A stretch of 47,282 bases of DNA. Source: a virus (Duplodnaviria > Caudoviricetes). The DNA lies in IMG/VR virus record IMGVR_UViG_3300029145_000004, positions 1 through 47,282 of that record. One strand, given 5' to 3'. The notes beneath the pieces were generated by a model. The model ran no database searches. It had not been told where the DNA came from and saw only the letters and a list, made by a program, of their open reading frames with translations. Shown here in pieces: positions 10,601 through 19,512 of this stretch (positions are counted from its first letter, which is position 1; the number at the start of each line of letters is the position of its first letter). A program made the translations under genes and the position numbers.

Positions 10601-13600
10601 CTGTTAGCTTTCAACTCAGCTAAGAAACCCACCTTAGCTACATCAGGATCACCTTTCATAGTGTTAGGGAATATCCAGCTACCTAGTCTACTACGAGTTA
10701 TAGCACCTGTAGGAATACCTAATACCTTACTATCCATGCTATGGTCATTGAACATCCAACGATTTATATGATCGAAGTCTTTAGACCATTGTTGTTCTAC
10801 CCAGTGTGTGCCATTACGTTCTACAACTCGTGTTTGAGAAGAAGGGTCTAATTCTTTAAGCTGTTTAGCAGCTGCTTCAGCATCACTAGAAGTTGTCCAA
10901 CCGTAGTTGTTATTTCTTCCATACGTAGCTATCCCCTCGGCTCTATTCCTACCGATGTGAACTGTACTATTAGCTTGATTGTATTGACCTATTCCACTTT
11001 CTCTGAAAGCTTTTAGGAATTTAGTAATGTCTTCTGCTCGTTGTACATCTCCTGCATTATCCAGAAGGTTAACACCTGGATCTTTAATTATCTGTCTAAA
11101 CTCTTCATCCTGTTTAACTAAGTGTTTAGCTACATTAGGAAAGGTTTCTTCTAAAGCAATGTCTAGTTTAGGAAGAACATCATCAGCTATAAGTTCTCCT
11201 TTAGTTGTTCCCATAGACATAGCTGTGTTTTCTGTAGCGTCTTGTATAGCCTCTATATGCCTGTTAGCTGCTTCAACAGGGTTTGCCCTAGCCATTACCC
11301 CTGCTGGGCTATTAGGATTGACGCTAGGCCGTGTAACACGCGTTAAAGAGGCTACATCGAATATAGTAGGAACACTATGTACTCCTTTGATATATCCATT
11401 CTTAGAAGCATTCATAAGAGTGGCTAAGTCAGCAGAAACTGGTATAACTTCCATACCATTAGCTCTCATGACATTATAGTCAATATCTGTGAGTTCTGTA
11501 GCACCTCCTGCGACAGGTCTCTTAACCTTTCTTGTTCTAGAGGTTCTAGTGAGAGCATCTGCCATTCCTTTAGCTACAGCATCAAATAACTCACTATCAC
11601 TAAGACCTTTTACATCTATATTGTTATCCTTTGCCATAGTGCGTAGCACAGCATCATTGCTATCTTTAAGCATCATTTTAGCATCATCTATATCCTTTTG
11701 CCTTATAGGGAGAGCTTCTTCTACCTCTTCTAGTTCTGGTTTAGCTGAAACAAAGTTACCTTGCTTATCTACCTTAACTTCCTTAACTTCAACCTTCTTC
11801 TTAGCTACAAACTCTTTATCAGCTTGTTTAAACTGAGGAGTATTTTCAATGCGAGCAGCCCTCTCTGCCATGCCATTAGACACTACAGATAACAGGTCTT
11901 TAGAAGGAACGTCTTTAACTTCCATTCCTAAGCTATTACCAATCATACGTAGCTGTGTTTCACTCTTACCTTCTAATAGTTGTCTGGCTTCTGCTACAGC
12001 ACCACTAGATTCAGGACGAGCAGACGGAGTGATGCCTTCTGCTATAGCACTAGCATTAGGGTGTGCCATCTTATCAGACACTACATCTAGTAGTTTAGGC
12101 CCTTTAAGGCCTTCTACATTCAGTTTAAATCTCTTACCTAATGTGCGTAATTCATCCTCAGACTTATTCCTTAATATCTTCTTAGCTTCTTTAAAGGAGT
12201 TGTCTTTAATGATGGCAGGGAATTGACTGTCTACCTTAGCAGGGTCTAAGAGAATAACTCTATTACCTTTGTCTGCTAGTTCTTTAGGTTGGTCAAACAC
12301 CTTCTCATTAGCTTTCTTCTGTAGAGTGGAATAACTCTCTCCTGCTTTAGCTAGGAAAGGGTCTACCTGATTCTTAATGCTAACTTTAGGAATGTCTGTA
12401 ACAGGTACAGTGGCATCTACTACATCATCAGTAGCATTAACTACATTATCACTGCCTGTAGGTGTGTGGTCTGGTCTTACAATGTCATCTGTCTTAGTAG
12501 CTATTGTATCCGTAGAGTCTACAATGTTTCCTTGGAAGGGAGGCTGTTTAGCGCCCGCAGTGAATCCGGGCAAACCTGAACCATCATATGTAGTATACCA
12601 TTTAACACCCTTAACAGGGTTTCTAAAGAAAGCAGCTGCACCACTAGCACCTAAGAAACCAGCTATATCTCCAGCGGCTTGTGCTAGAGGATCTTGTGCT
12701 CCTAGTTCTATAGTTTCCTGGAAGGCAAGCCACTTCTGCATGTCTGTACCAGGAATGTCTTCTAAACTATCCAGAGTTGTTTTTAATATCTCTCTCTTAC
12801 CCTCTGGCGTAGATTGGTCGTACAGGTCTGCAACCTTCTTAGCCAAACTACCACTAAACAAAAAGTTCCTAGGAATATCTAGGATTTCTGCATCTAGAGG
12901 CTGAGAAACAAAGTCAGCTATATCTATTAGCTTTTCGGCGAAAGCTGTATCCTTTAGAAGTGGACCTACAGCAGCCCTTACCATAGTGTTAAGCGTACCA
13001 CCTTCTTTAAACAGGTCTTCATTAGTGACCTGTACACCTAAGTCAGCAGCACTTCTAGCTATCCTTATAGCATGTAAATCTACAGGACTCAAAACCTCCA
13101 TAGCTAACCCAGCGGTGGCTGTAGTAGCAGAGAGATTTTGTTGTTTACCAAAGGCAGTTTTGATTTGTTGTACTTCGTCTGCTGCATTTAAATTATCTTC
13201 TATCTTATCAAGGAAGAGTTCTTGTGCCATTACATCCTGCTCACTTACAGGGATGTCTTCCTCTCCAGTGAAGGGAATGTCTTTAGATGCAGTTTCTTGC
13301 ACATATTGATCTTTAAGATTGTTGCTGTTGAATAGTCCGTCTTTATAATTACGAACAACAGTGGTCTTAGTGTCAATATCTATGGAAGGATCTTGAATGA
13401 TGTCAACAGTGGCTTCTCTGTTTGTAAACTCCTGTATTTCAGACCAACGAGACAAAGCCTCCTCATAAGAAGGATTTGTACCATTCATCTGTAAGTCTTC
13501 AGCTATAGTGAAGCTATCAGAAACAGGGTCATCAGAAGACAGCTGTGCTGTATAGAAAGCATTCTCTGTAGCCATGTGATTAGGAACAGAGCGTTGTAGT

Positions 13601-13644
13601 GATGCATCTTCTGGTACTTCAAAATCTTCGTTGAATTCTGTCAT
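7642..13644 (-). CDS. Large internal virion (ejection) protein, 2000 aa
   Basis: Size and position in the podovirus internal-protein block; three internal ~45-aa helical repeats. Confidence 0.7.
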   Translation of the reverse strand: MTEFNEDFEVPEDASLQRSVPNHMATENAFYTAQLSSDDPVSDSFTIAEDLQMNGTNPSYEEALSRWSEIQEFTNREATVDIIQDPSIDIDTKTTVVRNYKDGLFNSNNLKDQYVQETASKDIPFTGEEDIPVSEQDVMAQELFLDKIEDNLNAADEVQQIKTAFGKQQNLSATTATAGLAMEVLSPVDLHAIRIARSAADLGVQVTNEDLFKEGGTLNTMVRAAVGPLLKDTAFAEKLIDIADFVSQPLDAEILDIPRNFLFSGSLAKKVADLYDQSTPEGKREILKTTLDSLEDIPGTDMQKWLAFQETIELGAQDPLAQAAGDIAGFLGASGAAAFFRNPVKGVKWYTTYDGSGLPGFTAGAKQPPFQGNIVDSTDTIATKTDDIVRPDHTPTGSDNVVNATDDVVDATVPVTDIPKVSIKNQVDPFLAKAGESYSTLQKKANEKVFDQPKELADKGNRVILLDPAKVDSQFPAIIKDNSFKEAKKILRNKSEDELRTLGKRFKLNVEGLKGPKLLDVVSDKMAHPNASAIAEGITPSARPESSGAVAEARQLLEGKSETQLRMIGNSLGMEVKDVPSKDLLSVVSNGMAERAARIENTPQFKQADKEFVAKKKVEVKEVKVDKQGNFVSAKPELEEVEEALPIRQKDIDDAKMMLKDSNDAVLRTMAKDNNIDVKGLSDSELFDAVAKGMADALTRTSRTRKVKRPVAGGATELTDIDYNVMRANGMEVIPVSADLATLMNASKNGYIKGVHSVPTIFDVASLTRVTRPSVNPNSPAGVMARANPVEAANRHIEAIQDATENTAMSMGTTKGELIADDVLPKLDIALEETFPNVAKHLVKQDEEFRQIIKDPGVNLLDNAGDVQRAEDITKFLKAFRESGIGQYNQANSTVHIGRNRAEGIATYGRNNNYGWTTSSDAEAAAKQLKELDPSSQTRVVERNGTHWVEQQWSKDFDHINRWMFNDHSMDSKVLGIPTGAITRSRLGSWIFPNTMKGDPDVAKVGFLAELKANRDEAAFFSLIRKEILDTPHKRELSKLMNETQETQRFFTPDELAIEFPGLKQKELESLAKSYYSYKRGADYAYELANKVHRDGLEGQGFQGIYDGDGVLLGYGKVLDEGAELPREVWDFSQSNSMPTPRDLDGLSVVKINEPIKVGDRIYNHAILRGEQRLAKLPTRTLPKVEGWIPRRNKEAWFIDFTPNKLTVDGKAVTGVALDEHVKTVGAGRTKEEADRFIEQLKSEFPEGTLKSREATENTGDASLQAYKLYRDTTNNIRKRGERLPTIHGFSRLEDPLEAFADTTRTLTRMKAWQPFKESFEKDFMKFADEFIPVVNGTKNFPSDVTALRQKPASGPEDLKRFKVAQRLLEQYKEMNYSQTFGDRVWRSTFNNIANVMEDIKFAGPQTADMLRTVGKQGNLPVRLTKSLASHLFIYMNPPKQWIVQPQQLLELNVISPTYASRSPTEIPSVIAAVVSRAPHMRGREGFGKAAYEAAKKASRMDPKDFDATVDAIYNSGLPQAVDLNQVLYGAWQQAGFQIDPSLARSTIDVTTNAVSAPGRIGKSVGYTPAEMANNIGTWLYARDRWQNNNPGKDWNTPDNIARITADSWDINHSMIGRAGAMPFQNGALGVVFQFMAVQQKGFMQLLSSKTLTPKEKVKLASARMVLYGAYGLPMGAVGLTYMDEVVDKFASDETKQAYNEMKGGISDALTNTSIDVWFADPDTKWEIVGDTFKGSLPGRSDIAMSKAMTPIPDNFPLYEMLVNLSGFTDNNKQNPRFPGPQALDSFTKAVTDIKSLWNADTIDSEEKLVLAARGLSETASLFNNYGKAVAMRQYNDKVTKYGTRYGASVTEGEIFFQKIGITTREEARMWDIIDLDKQRTQHISDVSNEVFERFVKMERLIGKPDYPIAVARLNEMIELSVEKQDIPEVKRNVEAKLDEEFKKGTIKQDLYRSLFQMHKNINNEKHKEMIRIFRESATRNEGDKRVVELWENSQLVEKE

Positions 13645-13646
13645 TT

Positions 13647-14156
13647 TTACCTACTGAATATATTACCACCACCAAGAGAGGTGAAACCACCTGCTCTGTC
13701 AAATACGCTTTGTCCTAAGTCACCTATAGACTGGAACACTTGTTGTTTAGCTTGTATCTGTCTGCTCTTACCTTCTAGCCGAGCTATCTCAGATTGCTGT
13801 TGTCCAGCTATTTCATTCTGTGTACTTATAGCTTGCCCAAAGCCCTGGGCCTCATTGATTTGTCCTATGTTCTGTCCAAATTGACTTCCTAGAGAACCAA
13901 GAGCACCAGCTACAGCAGAGGAACCTGTAGCTCCTGCATTAGCAGCAGAGGAGAGGGCAGCAGCTCTTCTTAGCCTAAGTTCTCTAAGCTGTTGTCTACG
14001 CTCCTTACGAGCACCTACATCAGCCCTCACCTGTTCTATTCTTTGTCTCTCTTGTTCAGCAGCAGCTTGTTTCTCTGCGGCAGCTGCCTGCCTCTTTGCT
14101 ATCTTCTTTTGTTTCTTAGAAGCAGAGATGTTTGTTATAGCGCTTAAAACTCCCAT
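13647..14156 (-). CDS. Internal virion protein (T7 gp14-like position)
   Basis: Ala/Gly/Gln-rich coiled coil; first of three ejection proteins. Confidence 0.65.
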   Translation of the reverse strand: MGVLSAITNISASKKQKKIAKRQAAAAEKQAAAEQERQRIEQVRADVGARKERRQQLRELRLRRAAALSSAANAGATGSSAVAGALGSLGSQFGQNIGQINEAQGFGQAISTQNEIAGQQQSEIARLEGKSRQIQAKQQVFQSIGDLGQSVFDRAGGFTSLGGGNIFSR

Positions 14157-14158
14157 GA

Positions 14159-14503
14159 CTACCTATCCCCTTCAAATATATTTTCAATGCGTTGTGGAGC
14201 GTTCTGATGCGTTTTAGAAGCATACATGAGAAGCTTGTTACCTCTGAATCTCAAACCTGTGTCGTTAAAGCCAAACATCTTAATTAGTTTCTCTTCTTTA
14301 CTGCTAGGAGGGATGGCGTATATGTCTCTATAAGACAAGAGAAGCCTTGGACAAATAATGTTATGCCAAAGTTCCCTATAATACTTAACTTTAGACACAC
14401 TCCATGCATATATCTCCCAATGAATAAATACACCTTCTATGAAGTGTTCTACCTCGTTTTCTATCCAAAGACATCCGTCTTCAGTTTCTATAAGTTTTTT
14501 CAT
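14159..14503 (-). CDS. GNAT-fold / T7 gp13-like assembly protein
   Basis: Position between nozzle and ejection proteins; KLIKMFGF motif; likely start at MKKLIE. Confidence 0.5.
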   Translation of the reverse strand: MKKLIETEDGCLWIENEVEHFIEGVFIHWEIYAWSVSKVKYYRELWHNIICPRLLLSYRDIYAIPPSSKEEKLIKMFGFNDTGLRFRGNKLLMYASKTHQNAPQRIENIFEGDR

Positions 14504-14511
14504 TATTGTTG

Positions 14512-14540
14512 TTGACAAAAGAGTAAAAGTATGCTATAAT
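14512..14540 (+). promoter_or_regulatory. Consensus sigma70 promoter, antisense to the structural operon
   Basis: TTGACA-N17-TATAAT with extended -10 TGn. Confidence 0.85.
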
Positions 14541-14544
14541 ATAT

Positions 14545-14643
14545 TCTTTCTTTTAAAGACGCTTTGCGTCAAGTTTTCTTTTTAGGGTGAAGTTTATTAA
14601 ATATACATAAGAAGCTGTGAACAAACACAGCTTCTATATATTA
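14545..14643 (+). ncRNA. Putative small RNA copy A (U-rich, two hairpins)
   Basis: Downstream of the consensus promoter; hairpins 14558-14570 and 14610-14635; homologous to copy B at 36984-37087. Confidence 0.6.
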
Positions 14644-14644
14644 A

Positions 14645-15436
14645 TTAAGGTTCATCATTTCTATATCCTAATATACCCCATCCAAGTAATATTAAGTCTT
14701 TACCATCTTCTGCTAAAAATCTTAGATTTAATGCTCTTCCTCTTCCTCTTAGTTTATTCTTAGTTATGATAACATCAGGACCATAATCAAATGTATCTCC
14801 AGCAGAAGGACTAGCTGCTTTAGGAAGAAACAATCTATAAGCTTGAAACTGACTTCCTATCTTCCCTTGTGCATCTGTAACAGCGAAGTCCCACCTAGCT
14901 GTAGTTAAACAGCTTGAAGGTCTTATAGCAGTTACTACTCCATCTACTAAGCTATACACCTCTTCTGTTCTCTTACAATATATCATTATGTATATAGCTT
15001 GTTTCATTCTCATCATATCCCCACCTAAGTCTCTTCCTGTGACTAGATAGGCATCGAAGTCAAATCCATCTGTGTTATATGATTCCCAGTCCTTGAAGTT
15101 AAAGCTCTTATACTCAGAGAGAGTTATGTCTGTTCCCTGTGTAGAGAGAAACTTAAACTTCTCTCTTCTTGTTTCTGCTGTTCTATTTGATGTTATGAAT
15201 CCATCCACAGTGACAGTGTTACCACTCCCATCTACTACTATGTCTCCATCATCGTCTAGAACAGTGAGTTCCACAGCTTCTTTAACAAGCTTGCCTATAG
15301 GAATGTAGTCATGCACTCTAGGAGCACTAGCATCTGAAGCATGACCAAAGTCATACACATAGAATGCTCCCAAGGTTAAGTCTAACACCATCTCCTTGTT
15401 ATAGCTTGTAGGGAAATTACTTTCTGTACTAGCCAT
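14645..15436 (-). CDS. Tail tubular protein B (nozzle), C-terminal part
   Basis: YNKEMVLDLTLGAFY; TKNKLRGRGRALNLRF..EDGKDLILLGW C-terminal nozzle motif. Confidence 0.7.
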   Translation of the reverse strand: MASTESNFPTSYNKEMVLDLTLGAFYVYDFGHASDASAPRVHDYIPIGKLVKEAVELTVLDDDGDIVVDGSGNTVTVDGFITSNRTAETRREKFKFLSTQGTDITLSEYKSFNFKDWESYNTDGFDFDAYLVTGRDLGGDMMRMKQAIYIMIYCKRTEEVYSLVDGVVTAIRPSSCLTTARWDFAVTDAQGKIGSQFQAYRLFLPKAASPSAGDTFDYGPDVIITKNKLRGRGRALNLRFLAEDGKDLILLGWGILGYRNDEP

Positions 15437-15437
15437 C

Positions 15438-18110
15438 TTATGTCACCCTTATAGCAAGTCCCTTTATAGCATCAGTACCAGATATAGTTCTATATGCTAA
15501 ATATAACACACCATTACCTAGATGAGTTACTTCAGGGTGTCTTTCAAATAATGTAGCTGTCTCTAAACTAGTAGAAGAAGATAGAGTAGCTGGATCTCCT
15601 AAACTATAGTTTGCTAGTGTTAATGTTTGAGGAGAACCTTCCTCTATATATATACCCCATAGAGAACCATTATAAACAACACTAGTATTATACATATTAG
15701 TTTCAGACAAGGTAGGAGTTGTAAAGAATGTAGCTGCCTCAATATCCACATCAGTACTATTAGCTGCAAGCTTGTAAACTACAATACCATCCTCGTTAGA
15801 AACTGAGGCATTACTTATAACACCAGTACCAAAGCATATAGCTCTAGTACTGTTAAATGGTTGTATATCAGGTATTAAACTTTGTACAGCAGTAGTACCA
15901 GCAGGAAAGTCTCCAAATACAGGTCCAGTAGACTCAGTATTAAGTGTTATAGTAACATCACTAATAGAGAAAGATGAGCTACTTTGTGTATTACTTCCTG
16001 ATGTCATATCAGCATACATACCAAAGGTAGTAGTTAGCATACACACCTTAGTGTTAAGATGGTTCTGAGAGGAAGTAGACACCACTGTTCCAAAGGAAAT
16101 AGTAGATCCTACTACCTTAACTACCTGCATACTACCTACACCATTAGTTAGATTTCTACTTCTAACTACTATTCTCTCACTATCTATAGGAGCAGTTCTA
16201 AGCTGAGCAGTTTGTGTTAAGGGACCAAACACACTATTAATAACAGAAGCACTACCAACTGTAGGAGTACTACCTGAAAAAGTTATTAGTCTAGCCTTAG
16301 TTTCGCTAGAAGTCTCAGAGGTTATCAATACTATTCTATTGTCAGAGAGTCGCTCTGCTGTCCATCCCCTAGCTCCCCCATTAATACCCGTGTCTACTAG
16401 TTCTACTTCAGTGTCCAGGGTAACTGCTAAAGTAGTTGTATCTATAGTTGATACTTGATAATATATCCTTCTTACATTAGTATCTGAATATACAGTGAAT
16501 GCTACTGTATTGCTTACAGCAATTGTTTCAGGCTCTCTACGTCCAGAAGGACCAGCTACTGGTTCTCCTATTTCAAATACAGGAGGAGCAGGAGCAGGTA
16601 TGTCTAGAACATTATCACTAAACAAGTTAAATAGCCATCTAATACTATTAGTGCTTACATCGTAATATGCCTTAACTCCTCTCTTAGTGAAATCAGGCAG
16701 TGTATTAAAAGCACTCTGTATGGTGTTTAATGTAATATTAACTGTATCATATCCTGTACCAAGCTGATTAGGAGTCATAGTGAATATACCATCTGTTCCC
16801 CAGAAGTATATAATACCATTAGCATCGAGTATAGACTCTCTAGCTATAACACCTATGTTTGATACTTTGTTTACCTGGAAGCTAGTAGCTCTAAAGCCTC
16901 CCTCATCCCCTCTAATCTCCCATACACCGTTCTCAGCAAACACAAGTATGCTACCCTGTGTGTTCTGTATTTTAACTATGTTAGAAGCCTCTGTGATGAA
17001 TATAACACCACCATCTGTATCTACTAGTTCACTGTCATTAGGAGAAGTAGGATCTGCCTCTTGGTAGCATTTAACTAAATCAGCATCACTACTAGCTACC
17101 TGAGAGAACAATACAGCACCAGACAACTTGGGAGATACATCTCTCCCCTCTAGCTTACTGTTAATTCCAGAGTAGAAGAGTCTTCCACCCATAGAAGCAA
17201 CAGTAGAGACTCTACGAACCTCTCTATCAGTTGTAGGCATTGTAAGACCTGTAAGAGTCTCTCTAGAGTTTCCTCTATTATACAAGTCTATTATGTAATG
17301 TCCTCTAGCTGCTCTTCCTATATCAAAGCTATTTCTTTCTAGGGTAGTAGCATCATACTTATCTACGTCTGCATCTGTTACATCTGCAATCTTACCTAAT
17401 GACCATGTATCACTATTAGAAGGATATTTACCTAAAGCATTAAATGTTTCTGTTAATACTTCAGCACCATTCTTTGTTACAATGTTAGTGTTCCACCCTT
17501 GGTTCCTGAGATTATATTCATGAGCATCCGTCAGAGCCGTAGGTCTTTCACTAACATCCAATCCATCAGTAACACCATACAAATCTCTAATCTCTAGTCT
17601 AGCTGTATCCCATGAGATAGTGTCTGTGTCTCCATCATAATATAAGATGAAGGGAGTGTCTAGCCCAGAGGATACAACTATTAAATTGTTATTGATTAGA
17701 GCAAAATCAAAGATAGCTGTGTTATCTATCACAGAGGATGCTGTAGAAGCATCAAAAGCATTCCCACTGTTTAATACATTATCAGAAGGATTCTCTGTAA
17801 ACAGGTCAATGAAATAAAGCTTTGTGCCTATTTGAATAACACCTATTTCTACGTCAGTGAAACCACTAGGTGTAGGCCATACAAAGGCACGTTGTCTAGA
17901 TGCAGCTAATTGTTCAGCAGTTTGTCCAGTAGGTTGTAGAGCGTAGGAGTCCTCATAGTCTAAACCAAGCCTACGTTCTCTAGTACCATCTCTTTTTAAC
18001 TTCATATTAACTTCATCAAGGGAAGCTCCCTCTGGGAAGTTTAAAGGGCTTGCTTCTGTTATATAGCCCTTTACAAAGTTATTTACCTGTGTATCACCTT
18101 TTTGTGGCAT
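15438..18110 (-). CDS. Tail tubular protein B (nozzle), N-terminal part fused to a ~390-aa beta-rich extension
   Basis: NNFVKGYITEASPLNFP, RRLGLDYE, YNLRNQGW, CYQEADPT, DTDGGVI motifs; PAPAPP linker then an S/T-rich domain. Confidence 0.75.
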   Translation of the reverse strand: MPQKGDTQVNNFVKGYITEASPLNFPEGASLDEVNMKLKRDGTRERRLGLDYEDSYALQPTGQTAEQLAASRQRAFVWPTPSGFTDVEIGVIQIGTKLYFIDLFTENPSDNVLNSGNAFDASTASSVIDNTAIFDFALINNNLIVVSSGLDTPFILYYDGDTDTISWDTARLEIRDLYGVTDGLDVSERPTALTDAHEYNLRNQGWNTNIVTKNGAEVLTETFNALGKYPSNSDTWSLGKIADVTDADVDKYDATTLERNSFDIGRAARGHYIIDLYNRGNSRETLTGLTMPTTDREVRRVSTVASMGGRLFYSGINSKLEGRDVSPKLSGAVLFSQVASSDADLVKCYQEADPTSPNDSELVDTDGGVIFITEASNIVKIQNTQGSILVFAENGVWEIRGDEGGFRATSFQVNKVSNIGVIARESILDANGIIYFWGTDGIFTMTPNQLGTGYDTVNITLNTIQSAFNTLPDFTKRGVKAYYDVSTNSIRWLFNLFSDNVLDIPAPAPPVFEIGEPVAGPSGRREPETIAVSNTVAFTVYSDTNVRRIYYQVSTIDTTTLAVTLDTEVELVDTGINGGARGWTAERLSDNRIVLITSETSSETKARLITFSGSTPTVGSASVINSVFGPLTQTAQLRTAPIDSERIVVRSRNLTNGVGSMQVVKVVGSTISFGTVVSTSSQNHLNTKVCMLTTTFGMYADMTSGSNTQSSSSFSISDVTITLNTESTGPVFGDFPAGTTAVQSLIPDIQPFNSTRAICFGTGVISNASVSNEDGIVVYKLAANSTDVDIEAATFFTTPTLSETNMYNTSVVYNGSLWGIYIEEGSPQTLTLANYSLGDPATLSSSTSLETATLFERHPEVTHLGNGVLYLAYRTISGTDAIKGLAIRVT

Positions 18111-18113
18111 AAT

Positions 18114-18344
18114 TTATTTCTTATAGTCTTCAGGGTTTAGTTCTGGTTTATATCGTTTGCTCTTCTTATCTTCCATCTTGTCGAGATAAGTATTAATCGT
18201 ATTCATAGCGAATGAGTGATTAGTCCATGTACCACTAAGTTCATCAGGAAGCTGTCCACCACCTTTAAACCTAGCTTTAACTCCAAACCCTTCACTATAT
18301 AATTCTATCTCTTTTCCGTTAGGTGTCACCATATTACTCATCAT
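18114..18344 (-). CDS. Small hypothetical protein in the tail module
   Basis: FKGGGQLPDELSGTWT motif; coupled to neighbours. Confidence 0.65.
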   Translation of the reverse strand: MMSNMVTPNGKEIELYSEGFGVKARFKGGGQLPDELSGTWTNHSFAMNTINTYLDKMEDKKSKRYKPELNPEDYKK

Positions 18345-18562
18345 TTACCTTTAACAGCTTTATCTACAGCTTTATTAATTTGTCTACTACGACCAGATAG
18401 TAGCTTACGTGCTCTCTCAGCCATACCAGAACCAAGACTAGCCACCTTCTTCTTTGTTTGCTTCTTATCTGACTTACTAGACTTACGTGCAGCTTCTCTT
18501 GATCTACGTGCTTCTATAGCAGCTTGTACACGAGGGTCTTTACTAGATACCTTACCTGCCAT
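18341..18562 (-). CDS. Small highly basic protein
   Basis: K/R/A/S-rich 73 aa; GAGGA RBS. Confidence 0.65.
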   Translation of the reverse strand: MAGKVSSKDPRVQAAIEARRSREAARKSSKSDKKQTKKKVASLGSGMAERARKLLSGRSRQINKAVDKAVKGK

Positions 18563-18564
18563 GA

Positions 18565-18717
18565 TTATTTCCTCTTAGGTTTACGTTTAGGAATTGATTT
18601 ACATATCTTCATACACTTCTCTACTTCCTTCATCACCCTAGTGGCCTCGGGCGACCTGGCTCTCTTTATATTCCTCTTAGAGATGCCAAACTCTTCTAAC
18701 TGTTTATCAGTTGCCAT
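18565..18717 (-). CDS. Small basic protein (50 aa, below the ORF-track cutoff)
   Basis: MATDKQLEEFGISKRNIKRAR...KRKPKRK; AAGG RBS; fills the gap exactly. Confidence 0.6.
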   Translation of the reverse strand: MATDKQLEEFGISKRNIKRARSPEATRVMKEVEKCMKICKSIPKRKPKRK

Positions 18718-18735
18718 GCTGTATACCTTGCTTAG

Positions 18736-19512
18736 TTATTTCTTACCTGGTCTTCCGTAGTTTGGATATTTAATTCCCATTCCATTTGAGTTCTTCCAAG
18801 CTTCCTGGCTCATCCTACGCCTTTGTGTATTAGCCATCTGCTCTGCTTTTGGATTACCTTCTTTACTTATTAAGGCAAAGGCTGTAGTTTTACATTCAGC
18901 TAAGAAATAAGAGAATGCATCTATAGGTAAGTCAAATACGAAAGAATTAGTCTCTGTAACTGTAGGATACACCTTACCTCTACACTGTGTTTTTGTTGTA
19001 AGAAGGCTTGTGCTATCTACAGCAGAGTCATATGCGTCGAAAACCACAACACTGTCGTTGAAACTAGTCCAATAAAAAGGTGCTCTGTCGTTATATATGT
19101 TTAGAGGGATACTACTAGTATCTGTGACAACATCTATATTTGTTGCAGAGCTATCACGCACATCTATGACATCCATAAACTCTTTTGGTTCCAGATATCT
19201 AATATCTATATACTTAGCTTTAGACTCTCCAGATTTAATGACATTATACTTGATGTATTGGAAGTCCATAACATCAGAAGGTATAGTCATATGGGTAGGA
19301 GTAGAAGATCCAGTTTGTGTAAGCTGGAACATCTCATACAGCTGAGGCCAGTCCTTCCCATCTATTATGTGGTAATACACCTCCTTAACCACTCTAGTAA
19401 TCATACTAGATACTTGAGTTTGATGAAGTGTATAGATTAGTTCTTGATTACCAGGACCATTAAGATCTTGATGTATACTATCTACAATTTCTAAATATGT
19501 ACTAAGAGGCAT
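18736..19512 (-). CDS. Tail tubular protein A / adaptor, paralog 2
   Basis: YYHIIDGKDWP..TPTHMTIP..YIKYN..YWTSFND..VFDAYD; position after the capsid genes. Confidence 0.75.
   Translation of the reverse strand: MPLSTYLEIVDSIHQDLNGPGNQELIYTLHQTQVSSMITRVVKEVYYHIIDGKDWPQLYEMFQLTQTGSSTPTHMTIPSDVMDFQYIKYNVIKSGESKAKYIDIRYLEPKEFMDVIDVRDSSATNIDVVTDTSSIPLNIYNDRAPFYWTSFNDSVVVFDAYDSAVDSTSLLTTKTQCRGKVYPTVTETNSFVFDLPIDAFSYFLAECKTTAFALISKEGNPKAEQMANTQRRRMSQEAWKNSNGMGIKYPNYGRPGKK

Noticed and set aside
7642-13644. Virion RNA polymerase in the 2000-aa protein
   Set aside because: No DxDxD two-barrel motif or T7-like polymerase motifs recognised; cannot be fully excluded without structure prediction
5841-13884. 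Numerous + strand ORFs antisense to virion genes (e.g. 7104..7553, 11027..11479, 12377..12904)
   Set aside because: Ser/Leu-rich shadow frames of the long - strand genes, with no RBS or motifs
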